The notes under the pieces: generated by a model
The model's database searches: none
What the model was told of the DNA's origin: nothing
What the model saw: only the letters and a program-made list of their open reading frames with translations
Program-made: the position numbers and the translations under genes
Assembly (NCBI GenBank): GCA_947245485.1
Contig: CAMXOH010000001.1
Span: 1 to 63,820 of the forward strand
From: an uncultured Clostridia bacterium
GTDB taxonomy: Bacteria; Bacillota; Clostridia; Christensenellales; Borkfalkiaceae
DNA length: 63,820 bases
Direction of reading: 5' to 3'
Part shown: positions 63,097-63,820 of the stretch, piece by piece
How the letters are laid out: the number at the start of each line of letters is the position of its first letter
Position numbering within the stretch: position 1 is the first letter of the stretch

Positions 63097-63780
63097 AGGT
63101 TGAACCTTTAATTCGTCAATAGCCTTGTCGTTATCGGCAAGGCTTATTTCTTTAATTTCCTTGTCGTTGCCGAAAATCAGATATGTAACTACTGTATCGT
63201 CGTAAACAAACACTTTGTAAACGAGGTGGTCTATCAGTTTCTTTTGGTATTCCTTGTCGTTCGGGTCGCCTTTAAGTAGCATAGCCACAAAGTCAATAAT
63301 CTTTTCCTTTGTTATCTTTTGCCCGCGCTCTAACTCGATTTGCGCCTTGTGTGCGGTTAGGTCTTTTATAAGTATTTCAACCTCTTGCATTTTTCGCTCT
63401 ATATTCGCCCGCAGTAGGTCGTTGCGCGCCAGTATAAAAGCGTTTGTAAGTTGTTCCGCCTCGTCTTGTGCGTGCCGTATCTGTGCCTCTATGCTTTTCA
63501 TTCCGTTGTCGCCCGTGCGTTGCTCATAATATTTTATCGTGTCTTGCGCGGCTTTCTCAACGTTTTTTCTATCGCTCAAAAATTCGTGTACCACTTGGGT
63601 AACATACAATTCCAGTTTGTCTTTGTCCTCGCGTTTCTTGTCGCAGAGGGCTTTATTTTTCTGCTTGCAAACATAATAGTAATGTTTTTTGCCTAATCTG
63701 CTTGTACCGCCGCCCGCTATCATAGCCGTGCCGCAATGCCCGCAAAACGCCTTACTAATATGCGCAAATGGACAATGTAG
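62866..63780 (-). pseudogene. C-terminal portion of a second large serine recombinase (zinc ribbon plus coiled coil), apparently truncated
   Basis: The translation FCGHCGTAMIAGGGTSRLGKKHYYYVC plus a coiled coil parallels the plus-strand enzyme. There is an in-frame TAA at 63781-63783 and no catalytic domain in the window. The 3-prime 230 nt run antisense through the other recombinase gene. Confidence 0.5.
63121..63155 (+). terminator. Terminator of the serine recombinase gene
   Basis: 10-bp stem 63121-63130 / 63135-63144 (one G-U pair) with a 4-nt loop, followed by TATTTCTTTAATTT. Confidence 0.65.
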
Positions 63781-63820
63781 TTATTTTGGTTAGGTATCTT
63801 TGCCCAAAAGTTTGTAGTAG

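Larger units (their letters stand above)
54453..63155. mobile_element. Candidate integrative/accessory island (AT-rich cargo plus large serine recombinase); ends not defined
   Basis: Visible drop in GC from about 54.45 to 61.3 kb. The cargo is unrelated to the flanking locus. A serine recombinase lies at 61537-63096. No flanking direct repeats were found by eye. Confidence 0.35.

Noticed and set aside
1-63820. Possibility of an alternative genetic code (UGA=Trp), prompted by Mollicutes-like ABC protein architectures.
   Set aside because: TGA is used as a stop at several translationally coupled junctions (for example 29974, 60157 and 39689), and long ORFs are intact under the standard code.

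Overview
This 63.8-kb window looks like chromosomal DNA from a Firmicutes-like anaerobe. That guess rests on AGGAGG-type ribosome-binding sites, lipobox lipoproteins, strong minus-strand gene bias and standard code with TGA stops; I cannot name a taxon. No rRNA, tRNA or CRISPR array was seen. All functions come from motif recognition on the supplied translations, and coordinates were indexed by hand against the ORF track.

Five blocks:
1. 0.2-30.8 kb: pectin and hexuronate utilisation. It holds GH105, GH28, CE8, CE4 and GH43 enzymes, an LplABC-type ABC importer with a giant binding protein, and uxaCAB, kduID, kdgK and eda.
2. 31.5-36.7 kb: a potABCD polyamine importer with an XRE-cupin regulator.
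3. 37-41.6 kb: miscellaneous genes (SDR, HAD, GNAT, YdeI-like, rarA).
4. 41.7-54.2 kb: a maltodextrin/glycogen locus with glgP, malEFGK-like genes, GH13, a short LacI regulator and a repeat-rich lipoprotein.
5. 54.5-63.8 kb: an AT-rich accessory island. It carries a 1205-aa GLUG-repeat exoprotein operon, a TetR module and serine-recombinase genes.

The most unusual signals are non-coding or architectural:
- a promoter, 10-codon leader ORF and terminator (attenuator-like) ahead of the GLUG operon;
- a 13-bp inverted repeat bracketing a structured 128-bp segment next to the recombinase;
- four phased TGTAAC-N6-GTTACA palindromes in a 684-bp ORF-free spacer;
- a palindromic REP-like element in two copies flanking the pectin locus;
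- an XRE regulator fused to 21 hydrophobic pentapeptide repeats;
- four unknown 4-TM proteins interleaved with an ABC ATPase.

I found no recognisable defence, toxin or CRISPR system.
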